Of a DNA stretch of 39,663 bases, positions 9,952 to 18,428 are shown piece after piece. Positions within the stretch are counted from its first letter, which is position 1, and each line of letters begins with the position of its first letter. The DNA is from a virus (lineage: Duplodnaviria > Caudoviricetes), in IMG/VR virus record IMGVR_UViG_3300029171_000022, positions 1 to 39,663 of that record. One strand, 5' to 3'. The translations under genes and the position numbers were made by a program. The notes below the pieces were generated by a model that saw only the letters and a program-made list of their open reading frames with translations, was not told the origin of the DNA and searched no databases.

Positions 9952-10450
9952 TTGGCCACAATTTTGGGGATGCATTGTTTTGATTTTTCTTATTGGTTTT
10001 GGAGCTGGAAAGATGTCCAACCCCACAGAAGAGACCACAAAATCCACATCATCTGTGGCTTCAAGTGATCAAACCATGGCAGCAAGCACAGAAAAAAAGT
10101 CTGGCTCAAATGAATCAGAAAAATCCAAATATGTTTCAAGAACATATTATCCAAATGGCCAGCTGAAATCAGAAGTGGAAAAGTCTGTGGAGATGTTGAA
10201 AACTAAATATGAGCAAGAGATTTCAGATCTTAAAATTCAAATCAAGATGCTGGAATCCAAAGCAACATTTGAGCACACTGTGAAGTTTGATTGTCCAATG
10301 AATTCCATTGGTGGATTTGGTGGAGCATCAGGTGAAAAGGTTGCAATCTATGAAAGGCAACTCTTCAAGAATGTTTCAATTGGTGGGGGTGGTTATCAAA
10401 TGCCAGCTTGTGGATCAGGTCTTCTGGTTGGTGGAAGATTTTCTTTTTGA
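9938..10450 (+). CDS. Putative spanin-like membrane protein
   Basis: Start refined to ATG 9938; N-terminal TM (FWGCIVLIFLIGFGAG), coiled coil, Gly-rich beta-strands ending GGRFSF; third gene of the lysis cassette. Confidence 0.5.
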   Translation: MIKASWPQFWGCIVLIFLIGFGAGKMSNPTEETTKSTSSVASSDQTMAASTEKKSGSNESEKSKYVSRTYYPNGQLKSEVEKSVEMLKTKYEQEISDLKIQIKMLESKATFEHTVKFDCPMNSIGGFGGASGEKVAIYERQLFKNVSIGGGGYQMPACGSGLLVGGRFSF

Positions 10451-10651
10451 TTTTTTTCTCAGCTCTCTGATCTCAAAAACTTTTATTCTGCCACATCTCA
10501 AACAGTCTTTTGTTCCATAAAGTGAAGTTGCTCCACCTTCATCTGTTTCCAAAATATCTTTTCTTTTCCTGACAACATCTTTGTGACCAACAAAAAAGCA
10601 GAGAACTTTTATCAAAACAAATTTCAACCAGCGCTTCAGATTTTTTTTCAT
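10415..10651 (-). CDS. Small Cys/His protein (DUF1660-like C...GH...CxRCG)
   Basis: LCFFVGHK...CLRCG; ATG at 10651 overlaps the upstream TGA. Confidence 0.55.
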   Translation of the reverse strand: MKKNLKRWLKFVLIKVLCFFVGHKDVVRKRKDILETDEGGATSLYGTKDCLRCGRIKVFEIRELRKKSKRKSSTNQKT

Positions 10652-10833
10652 CACCAACCCCACTTCATGATCCTTCTCATTACACATTCAGCAACTGATT
10701 CAACATAACCAGCTTCAATCAAAGCTTTCTTTGCTGCCACATGGCCATGTTCTTTTGTGAATGACTGGACTGTTTTAAACCACTCAGGATCAAAATTCAC
10801 AACTATCAAATTGTCCTTATATTCTTTTTTCAA
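10651..10833 (-). CDS. Hypothetical protein
   Basis: 60 aa, overlaps both neighbours in the leftward operon. Confidence 0.6.
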   Translation of the reverse strand: MKKEYKDNLIVVNFDPEWFKTVQSFTKEHGHVAAKKALIEAGYVESVAECVMRRIMKWGW

Positions 10834-11407
10834 GCCAGCTGTCCTTTTGAAGTTGTGCCATGATTAGTGTTGCACAATGATCAACTGAATCTTTCCCAGT
10901 GTCAAAAACAAGATCAAATTTTCCTTGTGCAGAATATTCATCAAGACCAATTTCTGATGGGTGGTTTGAAGCATCTCTCCAAGACTCAGCTCTTTGTTTT
11001 CTGATTTCTTCAGAACACTCAAGCCTGATTCTTAAAGCTTCAGGGAATGCATCAAACTCATTCTCAAATCTGCAATCATCAATGATGGTCAATCTTTTTG
11101 ATCCACCAGAACCAAGTGCTGTGACTTTTCTTTTCAAAATGTCAACCCACACATTGTCACCAAATGTTTTTCTCCCCCACTCAGTTCCAAGGATCTGCAA
11201 CAGGTGACCATCTTTTTTGACTCTGGGGGTGTTGGTGAGACTTTCCATTCTGTTCAGAAGATAGTTGTGCAGCTCATAAAGAGTGTCAGCAAACTTCTCT
11301 GTCCCCACAAAAACAAATCCAAGACCAGATTTTTTTTCCTTGATCGCTGTTGCAAGTGTTGTCTTCCCACTGCCTTGCTTGCCACTGATTAAAATAATTT
11401 TATGCAT
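10817..11407 (-). CDS. Deoxynucleoside monophosphate kinase (T4 gp1/T5-like)
   Basis: Walker A ISGKQGSGKTT, FADTL, LLQILGTEWGR, IIDDCRFENE family motifs. Confidence 0.9.
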   Translation of the reverse strand: MHKIILISGKQGSGKTTLATAIKEKKSGLGFVFVGTEKFADTLYELHNYLLNRMESLTNTPRVKKDGHLLQILGTEWGRKTFGDNVWVDILKRKVTALGSGGSKRLTIIDDCRFENEFDAFPEALRIRLECSEEIRKQRAESWRDASNHPSEIGLDEYSAQGKFDLVFDTGKDSVDHCATLIMAQLQKDSWLEKRI

Positions 11408-11702
11408 TTGAAGTTTTCTCTTCTATTGCCAACACATCATCTTCACGCATCATGAGAAGATCTTGTCCATCAATGTTGATTTCTGTTCCAGAATATTTGT
11501 TGAAATAAACTATGTCACCAACAGCCACTGTCATTGGAATGTGTTGGCCTTTGTTGTTGATGAAGCCTTGGCCAGCAGCAATGACTTCACCATGGTGGGG
11601 TTTTGATTTTGCTGAATCTGGGATGATGATCCCACCCAGTGTTTGGTTTGCAGCTTCAATTTTTTTGACAAGGATTTGGTTGTTGAGTGGTTTTATTTTC
11701 AT
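11400..11702 (-). CDS. groES: Co-chaperonin GroES (Cpn10)
   Basis: MKIKPLNNQILVK...GGIIIPDSAK.KP..GEVIAAGQG...VGD.V.F.KYSGTE...MREDDVLAI; start refined to 11702. Confidence 0.95.
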   Translation of the reverse strand: MKIKPLNNQILVKKIEAANQTLGGIIIPDSAKSKPHHGEVIAAGQGFINNKGQHIPMTVAVGDIVYFNKYSGTEINIDGQDLLMMREDDVLAIEEKTSNA

Positions 11703-11760
11703 GAATTCATTTGCACAAATATCTGTGAAAGTTTCAACAGAAAAATCATGCTGCATGATT

Positions 11761-11985
11761 TCAATGCAATTCCCAATCTGGTGGGATATTAAAAACATGA
11801 TGGCAGTCATCACAGGTCACTGGCCAGAAAAGATTGTGCTGCAAATAAAATGGATCATCAAAAGCCATGTCATATTCAGTGGAGCCACAAGCCAAACATG
11901 GTTTGTAAGTAATGCCACCAAACTCATGTTTGAGATCTGGGTCAAGTTTATCAAGTGAGTCCAAGTCTTTTTTGACTTTCTTCAT
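11761..11985 (-). CDS. Small zinc-ribbon protein
   Basis: CLACGS...CDDCHH (CxxC-CxxC). Confidence 0.6.
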   Translation of the reverse strand: MKKVKKDLDSLDKLDPDLKHEFGGITYKPCLACGSTEYDMAFDDPFYLQHNLFWPVTCDDCHHVFNIPPDWELH

Positions 11986-12496
11986 AGCTTAAAAGATACA
12001 AGTGAAGCTTGGTTGAGTCACCAGCAACAATTCTTGACCAGTCCAATGACTGGATCTGATCATCATCATTGATGATTCCAGCTCCCCTTGATATAAGCTT
12101 CCCACGCTTTGACACTTTTGTTTTCTGCAAACAGTCTTCCACAATCTGGACTAGGTTGGAAAGATTTGCTGTGGTCTTTTTTCTGATCCCAGTCTTGGCC
12201 ATCAACACAGATCTTTTTGTTTCAAAAATTGCAATCATCCAGAGATCACCATCAATGGGTTGTGACAATTGTCTCAGTCTATGTTGAATCAATCTTTGGA
12301 TCAAAATCAGTTCAGACTGCTGAAGCCCATCAGATTTTCCAATGAATGGTTTTCTGGTCTTTCTGTTGATCATTATTTTTCTTCTGTTCTTTTTGACTTC
12401 ATGTTTTTGAAGTTCAAATGATGCTTGAAATTTAATCAGATCAGCCAGATGAAAGTGCTTCAATGCTTTGTCGATATTGTCTTTATATGCCATCAA
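11951..12496 (-). CDS. rusA: RusA-family Holliday junction resolvase (divergent)
   Basis: KKN...KPFI, PIDGDL, NLSNL...EDCLQ, AGIINDDDQI correspond to RusA DxDN..K...D.L...G...DD motifs. Confidence 0.75.
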   Translation of the reverse strand: MMAYKDNIDKALKHFHLADLIKFQASFELQKHEVKKNRRKIMINRKTRKPFIGKSDGLQQSELILIQRLIQHRLRQLSQPIDGDLWMIAIFETKRSVLMAKTGIRKKTTANLSNLVQIVEDCLQKTKVSKRGKLISRGAGIINDDDQIQSLDWSRIVAGDSTKLHLYLLSYEESQKRLGLT

Positions 12497-12678
12497 TTCA
12501 TCATTCTTTTTTTTGATGGGGGTGTCATCTTTTTTGTTGAAACTTCTTTTGGTTTGGTGTTGATTCCTATCCAGAACCCATCCCCTTGGATGTTTTCAAC
12601 TGGGCTGTGTGGATTTGAAAACACACACAGTCCAGACATTTCTGTAAGGGGAAACAATGTGGTTGCAACAAGGGGATC
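12497..12678. promoter_or_regulatory. Divergent control region with interleaved inverted repeats
   Basis: Lies between leftward rusA and rightward initiator; IRs 12591-12599/12615-12623 and 12600-12611/12624-12635. Confidence 0.55.
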
Positions 12679-13500
12679 ATGGCCAGAATCAACATTGAAG
12701 ATTCAATCTATACAGATAATGATTTTTTAAAACTTATCGTCAAGGTGGGCTGTCAATATAAAGCCATGGGGATTTGGGTGTCTGGTGTAAAGCTGGCCCA
12801 AAAAACATGGATTGAATTTGAATCAATACCACAAAACAAGTGGAGCCAAGATCTTGATCCACTCATTGAATGCAATCTTGCTCAAAGAAAAGAAGATGGT
12901 TCTGTCTATTTAAGAGGCAGCAAAGAACAGTTTGCATGGCTCAATCAAAAGTCTGAAGCTGGAAAAAAGTCATCAAACAATAAGCTCAAACAATTAGCAG
13001 ATGCCAGATTAAAAAAGCAGCAAATGTCTGAACGGGCGTTGAACGTGCGTGAACGGGCGTTGAACGGCTCTGAAGCTCTTTCTCTTTCTCTTTCTCCTGA
13101 TTCTAAAGAATCAGGTGGGGGAGCACTTTCAGAAGATTTAACTTTGCTTACATCTTCACCAACACCCCCCACCAAAATTTCAGAAGAACTTGGATTCAAG
13201 CCAGTGGTCAACAACTCAGCAGTTTCAAATTTCAATGCACGTTTTGCTCCAGATGCACACAAGTGGGATCAGGTTCTTGATGATTATGGCCTTAAAAAGC
13301 GATTACAGCGCCACCTTGGAGCGATCAGAAACACATTTGATGATCCACAAGCCTTGGAAGATTTTATTGAAACCAAGGCCAAATCAGCAACAGCCAAGAA
13401 AATATTACAAGACCATGGGGGGGATGCTCAAAAAGCAAGACCATCCACTGTTGAGTTTGTTATGGTGTGCATCAAAAAAGAGATCGGGGTGTTGTCATGA
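12679..13500 (+). CDS. Putative replication initiator (lambda O-like organisation)
   Basis: 273 aa upstream of the helicase; wHTH-like N-terminus, QKSEAGKKS motif, internal iterons and SLSLSLS linker. Confidence 0.7.
   Translation: MARINIEDSIYTDNDFLKLIVKVGCQYKAMGIWVSGVKLAQKTWIEFESIPQNKWSQDLDPLIECNLAQRKEDGSVYLRGSKEQFAWLNQKSEAGKKSSNNKLKQLADARLKKQQMSERALNVRERALNGSEALSLSLSPDSKESGGGALSEDLTLLTSSPTPPTKISEELGFKPVVNNSAVSNFNARFAPDAHKWDQVLDDYGLKKRLQRHLGAIRNTFDDPQALEDFIETKAKSATAKKILQDHGGDAQKARPSTVEFVMVCIKKEIGVLS
13029..13070 (+). repeat. Iteron array, putative replication origin
   Basis: TGAACGGGCGT, TGAACGTGCG, TGAACGGGCGT, TGAACGGCTC at 10-11 bp period inside the initiator gene. Confidence 0.75.
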
Positions 13501-13637
13501 AAAGCTTTTTTCAAAAAATCAAATGCTATTTTGGAAAGCATGATTGGGGTGCTGGATATTTAAGCCAGTCAAGTTCTTGGATTCAAAAGTGTCAGTGTTG
13601 CAGAGCTTGGGCTTCTGATGGGGAGATCTACTTTTGA
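13497..13637 (+). CDS. 46-aa Cys/His protein (DUF1660-like), absent from ORF track
   Basis: MKSFFQKIKCYFGKHDW...CQCCRAW...; ATGA overlap upstream and TTGA overlap with the helicase. Confidence 0.65.
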   Translation: MKSFFQKIKCYFGKHDWGAGYLSQSSSWIQKCQCCRAWASDGEIYF

Positions 13638-14938
13638 AAACACTCAAGCCTTATGACTTCATAAAACTTCTTTCAACCATAACCTTCAACAGCTGCACCA
13701 GCTCAACAAACCACAAGCTGTTCAGAACTGTGAAGCTTGATCCAGACAAATGGCCTGATTGTGATGCCAAGAGAATTCAGATTGAATTTGAAAAGCTGGC
13801 TGATGAAAAATCTTTTGAGTTTGCTTTTTATAAGTTGCAAGAAAAAACCAACAACTTTAAATCACTGAAAGACAATCTTCTTGAAGACACACCAGAAGAT
13901 TTGAATGAGATCAAGATGCTGGTGGATCACAATGTGAAGATCCACTGGGTGAAAATTATTGCACAGCAGCTGATGTCTGATCCCCAAGAATATGACAAAT
14001 TGATTCACAAGCTCAACAAAGTGAATCAAGGATCTGACATTACTGAAGAGTTTGATGTGGCTGACTTCATTGAAAAGACCATTGAAAGAAATGAAGCCAT
14101 GATCAAAGAAGGAAAGGCCCAAGTTATCATTCCAGATTTTCCAATCCTGTCAGAGCAGATTGGTGGATTCAACCCATCAAGGATCTCAGGCTTCAGCGCT
14201 GAGTCTGGTTTTGGAAAAACAAAGCTGGCCATCAACATTGCTGATTCAGCCAGAAAGATCATGCCAGTTTATTATTTCAACATGGAGATGAGTCCAGAAG
14301 ATTTTGAGGCCCAGTTTATTCAAAAGGCTGGTGGCATTACTTATAAACAATATAAGTCTGGGGACTACCACCACACATTCAACAAAATTATTGAATATAA
14401 AAACTCTTTTGAAACTGGCCACAGAATCACATTCACTGATGGAAGATCCATGGCTTGTGATCAAGTGTGTGCAAAGATCCTTGTGAAGATGACAGCTGGT
14501 GGTCTTGTGATTGTGGACTATGACCAAAAGATGACTGGCGTTGGTGGTGAAGGTGAAGAGTGGATGCAGATGGTGAGAAATATTGAAAAGCTGGAAGCTG
14601 TTGCAAAGATCACCAAGAGCCACATCATTGTTTTATTTCAGGCTGATGATTCTGGTTTTGCAAAATCTTCCAAGAGATCCATCCAACCACTTTCATGCTT
14701 CACACACTTCACAAAAACTGATAGTGGTCAAAATGTTTTGAAGAACATCAAGAACAGGTTTGGCAAGAAAGGCTTTGAACTCATCATGGACTATTGGCCA
14801 GAGACAACCACCATCAAAGAATCACACTTGAGAGATGACATTGTTGGTGAAGCGCTTTCAAATGCAAGTGGATTCAAAAAGAGAAGGACAAATGAAGATC
14901 ATCAAAAGCAAACTCCATATTGGCAAAACAAAGATTAA
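13634..14938 (+). CDS. DnaB-like (SF4) replicative helicase
   Basis: GGFNPS..SAESGFGKT Walker A, YFNMEMS, VIVDYDQ Walker B, KNRFG arginine finger. Confidence 0.9.
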   Translation: MKTLKPYDFIKLLSTITFNSCTSSTNHKLFRTVKLDPDKWPDCDAKRIQIEFEKLADEKSFEFAFYKLQEKTNNFKSLKDNLLEDTPEDLNEIKMLVDHNVKIHWVKIIAQQLMSDPQEYDKLIHKLNKVNQGSDITEEFDVADFIEKTIERNEAMIKEGKAQVIIPDFPILSEQIGGFNPSRISGFSAESGFGKTKLAINIADSARKIMPVYYFNMEMSPEDFEAQFIQKAGGITYKQYKSGDYHHTFNKIIEYKNSFETGHRITFTDGRSMACDQVCAKILVKMTAGGLVIVDYDQKMTGVGGEGEEWMQMVRNIEKLEAVAKITKSHIIVLFQADDSGFAKSSKRSIQPLSCFTHFTKTDSGQNVLKNIKNRFGKKGFELIMDYWPETTTIKESHLRDDIVGEALSNASGFKKRRTNEDHQKQTPYWQNKD

Positions 14939-15209
14939 AAGCACAGAGCAAATGCACAAAGAAATCCTTGCTGAAATGGAAGCTGAAGATCTCAACATTC
15001 AGATTGTCAGAGACATGGCTGAACAATTTTGGCTTTTTTTTGATCCCCCCAGCCAGCAAATAAAATTCAGACGTGAAAAAATTTCATGGCTGAAGACAAT
15101 GAATGATGCTCTGGTTTCATATTGGGGTGAAGGTGCAATTGTTGAGCTTGACAATTGTCACAAAAGATTTAAATGTTCTGGGAAAGATGGGAGAGTTTTA
15201 TGGCTTTGA
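14892..15209 (+). CDS. Hypothetical protein
   Basis: Start refined to 14892 (MKIIKSK) with AAGGA SD. Confidence 0.55.
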   Translation: MKIIKSKLHIGKTKIKSTEQMHKEILAEMEAEDLNIQIVRDMAEQFWLFFDPPSQQIKFRREKISWLKTMNDALVSYWGEGAIVELDNCHKRFKCSGKDGRVLWL

Positions 15210-15391
15210 CTTTTGAAGACAGGGAAAAGGTCTTTGGAAAAATTGAGAATGGTTGTCAGTACATTATGCAGCTTAGGCATGACAGCACCAAAAAAATTGT
15301 GATGGCTGATGTCACTGTGGATGATGAAGGTGATGAAATCGACACAAAGAATTGGTCAGCAATCAGTTGGACTAAGGCAAATAAAAAATGA
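15200..15391 (+). CDS. Hypothetical protein
   Basis: MALTFEDR..., GGGAG SD, coupled to the next gene. Confidence 0.6.
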   Translation: MALTFEDREKVFGKIENGCQYIMQLRHDSTKKIVMADVTVDDEGDEIDTKNWSAISWTKANKK

Positions 15392-15774
15392 GCTTACTTT
15401 CACAAACTTGGATTGAAGATCAATCAAAAGAAAAAACAAAGAACAGAAAACTGCTGGTTGAATTAGATTCACAGCTTAATGGGGGGATCATTATGACAGA
15501 AGAAAACACTTTGGATCTTATGACCAAAGAAGGATGCACAGTCTTGAAGGTGATGCTTCAGATTGTTGATGCATTCAATGGAGCAAAGATTGAACAGAAG
15601 GACACAAGGCCAACTCTGTTTGTTGCAGAATCAGCAAAGAACACAGACACTGAGATCTTTTCAAAATATCAGCGTGGGTTGATCAGTGTCAGAGAACTTT
15701 ATGCTGAAGCTGCTGCAAGTGGAAGACGTTTATATTTTAACACAACCATGGGAGAAACAAATGCAAACAGCTGA
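15388..15774 (+). CDS. Hypothetical protein
   Basis: 128-aa ORF with ATGA overlap. Confidence 0.6.
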   Translation: MSLLSQTWIEDQSKEKTKNRKLLVELDSQLNGGIIMTEENTLDLMTKEGCTVLKVMLQIVDAFNGAKIEQKDTRPTLFVAESAKNTDTEIFSKYQRGLISVRELYAEAAASGRRLYFNTTMGETNANS

Positions 15775-16435
15775 TCAACTTCTTGCTGATGCAATAAAGA
15801 CAATCAACATTGATGAGATCTTTCAAAAAGAACTCAGAGAGCAAATTGCTGTCACTGTCAGAAAGACAATCAAAGATTCTCTTGGAACATATTCACCATT
15901 CTCAAAAGCTCTGGATGCAGCAATTGAAGAGCAAATGAAGTTTGATCCAAAGAGATTGACTCTTCCAGAGTACAGCAATTTTGTTGTTCTACAATGTGAA
16001 CAAGTCATCAAAGATCTGATGACTGAAGAGCGTGGAAAAATAATTCAAAAAACAATGCGTGACAAGCTTGCACCAAATCTTGAAACAGAAATTGAATTTG
16101 AAAAAATAATGGATGAAATAAAATCTTCTTTGGTTGAAGCGATAAAAGAAGAGGCTGGAAACCACACAAATTTGATTTACAGATTAGTGTGTTGTGATGT
16201 TGAGCAAAGATCCTATGGTGACAGCTGGATCATCACAATTTTTGAAGGTGAAGAAAAAAATCACAGCAATGAGAAAGCTGCTTTATTCTTTGACACTAAT
16301 GGAAGATGTTATCACTCAAGAGGTGAGTTAAGAAATGAATTCACAAAGAGATTTGCATCTTATGTTTTCAATAGAACTTTGATCAAAGATTTTGAGCACT
16401 ATGACGAAAAATTTACAACTGAAGACTTATATTAG
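15761..16435 (+). CDS. Hypothetical phage protein
   Basis: Start refined to 15761 (GGGAG SD); helical, with YSPFSKAL...LTLPEYS motif I associate with phage hypotheticals. Confidence 0.65.
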   Translation: MQTADQLLADAIKTINIDEIFQKELREQIAVTVRKTIKDSLGTYSPFSKALDAAIEEQMKFDPKRLTLPEYSNFVVLQCEQVIKDLMTEERGKIIQKTMRDKLAPNLETEIEFEKIMDEIKSSLVEAIKEEAGNHTNLIYRLVCCDVEQRSYGDSWIITIFEGEEKNHSNEKAALFFDTNGRCYHSRGELRNEFTKRFASYVFNRTLIKDFEHYDEKFTTEDLY

Positions 16436-16444
16436 GAGAAACAA

Positions 16445-16711
16445 ATGGATGATATGAAAATTGAATTAGTGAGAGCAAAGAACAGCAAACCAAAGTCTGG
16501 AAGATATTGGTTCAGATGCAGTGATGAAGACACAGCTTTCATTTTGAGCAAGATGAAAAAAAGTGATGTGGCTGATTACTTCAGAGAGTGTCATGAAAAT
16601 CTTTTTAAGGCTTTGAAACAGAAACACAACAAGAAGAAACAATCACCAATCACAAAACAGATTGGATCACCAGCAAGAGTCAGAACGCCAAAGACAAAGG
16701 CTGTCAAATGA
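16445..16711 (+). CDS. Putative ribbon-helix-helix DNA-binding protein
   Basis: RYWFRCSDED...SDVADYFR has a MobC/CopG-like pattern; AGGAG SD. Confidence 0.45.
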   Translation: MDDMKIELVRAKNSKPKSGRYWFRCSDEDTAFILSKMKKSDVADYFRECHENLFKALKQKHNKKKQSPITKQIGSPARVRTPKTKAVK

Positions 16712-16797
16712 GCACCCCTGAATTGTTGAGCTGGATCATTGCTGTTGGCCACATCTGGGCCTTTGGTCACTGTGCTGTGTTCATGGTGTTTGAGTAA
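16708..16797 (+). CDS. 29-aa hydrophobic peptide, absent from ORF track
   Basis: MSTPELLSWIIAVGHIWAFGHCAVFMVFE; ATGA and TAATG overlaps on both sides. Confidence 0.6.
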   Translation: MSTPELLSWIIAVGHIWAFGHCAVFMVFE

Positions 16798-17105
16798 TGG
16801 AATCACCAAAAGAAGAAACACCATTCAACAGCATGGAGCATTTTTTTTCATCAATAACTCAAGCAATAAAAATTGTTGTGGAAGGTAAACCCACCACAAA
16901 AGTTTTGTTGCAGTTTAAAGCTGGAGAGAAAGAGCTGATGCTTGAATTCAGAGTTGCATCCACAAAAGAAATTGAAGATGCAAGTTGTGGTTCAACAATG
17001 ATTGCAATTGATCCAAATATTCCAGAAGGACTTGAAGAGATGATTTTCAACAAATATGAAGATGAGAGTGGAGAACCTAACAATGACACACCAAAAACTT
17101 TCTGA
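16797..17105 (+). CDS. Hypothetical protein
   Basis: 102-aa acidic ORF in the operon. Confidence 0.6.
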   Translation: MESPKEETPFNSMEHFFSSITQAIKIVVEGKPTTKVLLQFKAGEKELMLEFRVASTKEIEDASCGSTMIAIDPNIPEGLEEMIFNKYEDESGEPNNDTPKTF

Positions 17106-17259
17106 GACTCACAAGTTCAATGGGACTAAAGTGGTCACAGTAAGAAAGATTTTATGCACAAGAAAAAAGCCAGTTGAGTTCACAATCTCAACATGGGGAC
17201 AAGAGTTGGTTGATTGTCCTAAGTGTATAGCGTTGACAAGAAAGATGGTGAAAAAATGA
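17083..17259 (+). CDS. Small hypothetical protein with CxxC
   Basis: H...C...VDCPKC; GGAG SD. Confidence 0.5.
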   Translation: MTHQKLSETHKFNGTKVVTVRKILCTRKKPVEFTISTWGQELVDCPKCIALTRKMVKK

Positions 17260-17678
17260 CCAGACAAACTTCAATTGAAGCCCATAATAAAATCAAAGAA
17301 GATGGGATGTTGAGCAAGAAAAGACTTGAAACCTATTCAGCTCTTTTTGAATATGGCCCAGCCACAGCAGCTGAGTTGTCCAAGAAGGTGAGTGCAAAAA
17401 GCATTGTGATGGGAAACATCAGATCCAGATTGTTTGAATTGAAGAAACTTGGTGTGGTCTATGAAGTGACTGAAAGAAAGTGCAATGTCACTGGATTCAA
17501 TGTCATTGAGTGGGATGTCACAGACAAACTTCCACTCACACTGAAAACAGAGAAAAAAGAAAAATGCTTTTTTTGTGGTGGCACTGGATTGATGTTGTCA
17601 ACTTACACCCACAAGAAAACAAAAAAGAAAACTGAAGTTATGGATGGCCAGCTCAGTTTGCTTGATGGGGGTGTGTGA
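17256..17678 (+). CDS. Winged-helix DNA-binding protein
   Basis: TSIEAH...GPATAAEL...RLFELKKLGVVYE..ERKCNVTG phage wHTH pattern; C-terminal CFFCGGTG. Confidence 0.7.
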   Translation: MTRQTSIEAHNKIKEDGMLSKKRLETYSALFEYGPATAAELSKKVSAKSIVMGNIRSRLFELKKLGVVYEVTERKCNVTGFNVIEWDVTDKLPLTLKTEKKEKCFFCGGTGLMLSTYTHKKTKKKTEVMDGQLSLLDGGV

Positions 17679-18067
17679 TGAAAGCTTTGTCAATAAAACA
17701 ACCATGGGCATATTTAATTATGGAAGGGATTAAGGACATTGAGAATAGAACTTGGCCCACCAAACTCAGAGGCAGATTTCTCATTCATGCTTCTCTTGGT
17801 TATGACAAGAAAGCTGAAGCTGGGCTTGAAATGGAAGGTCACACCATCCCACTCAATCTTCCATCTGGTTGCATCCTTGGCTCTGTGGAGATTGTTGACT
17901 GTGTTCAGCACCACCCCAGCAAGTGGAAACAGAAAGACACTTATGGTTATGTGTTGAAAGAACCAAGAAAACTTCACACCCCTTGGCCATATAAAGGCCA
18001 ACTCAGATTCTTTGATGTGAATGGTGAAGCACTTGTCAAAGAGATGTCAGCGGTGGTCAATGTTTAA
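17675..18067 (+). CDS. ASCH domain protein
   Basis: MKALSIKQPWAYLI.EG.KDIENRTW...RG.FLIHAS canonical ASCH motif. Confidence 0.9.
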   Translation: MMKALSIKQPWAYLIMEGIKDIENRTWPTKLRGRFLIHASLGYDKKAEAGLEMEGHTIPLNLPSGCILGSVEIVDCVQHHPSKWKQKDTYGYVLKEPRKLHTPWPYKGQLRFFDVNGEALVKEMSAVVNV

Positions 18068-18428
18068 AGCACCCCAAGAATATATGATCCAGCATCCAGT
18101 TCTTGGAGTGGGAAAAGACAACAATGGTCTTTTCAGATTTGAACGTGATGGAATTGTTTTCAGTGTGATCTCTTCAGATGGAATGGGTTGGGATCATGTT
18201 TCAGTTTCAATCAATAAAAACAGAACGCCCACATGGGCTGAGATGTGCATGATCAAAGATCTCTTCTGGAGTCCTGAAGATTGTGTGGTTCAATTTCACC
18301 CACCATCTTCAGAATATGTGAACAACCATCCACGCTGTTTGCATCTGTGGAAAAAACAAGGTGAGAATTTTGAAACACCACCATCAATCATGGTTGGTGT
18401 GAAATCAATGGGAGAGATTTGCAAATGA
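18060..18428 (+). CDS. Conserved phage protein (DUF7694-like)
   Basis: GWDHVSVS..RTPTWAEMC.IKDLFW..E..VVQFHP..SEYVNNHP.CLHLW. Confidence 0.75.
   Translation: MFKAPQEYMIQHPVLGVGKDNNGLFRFERDGIVFSVISSDGMGWDHVSVSINKNRTPTWAEMCMIKDLFWSPEDCVVQFHPPSSEYVNNHPRCLHLWKKQGENFETPPSIMVGVKSMGEICK

Noticed and set aside
11703-11813. N-terminal extension on GroES
   Set aside because: Overlaps the upstream gene; the canonical MKIKPL start at 11702 gives a normal-sized protein.
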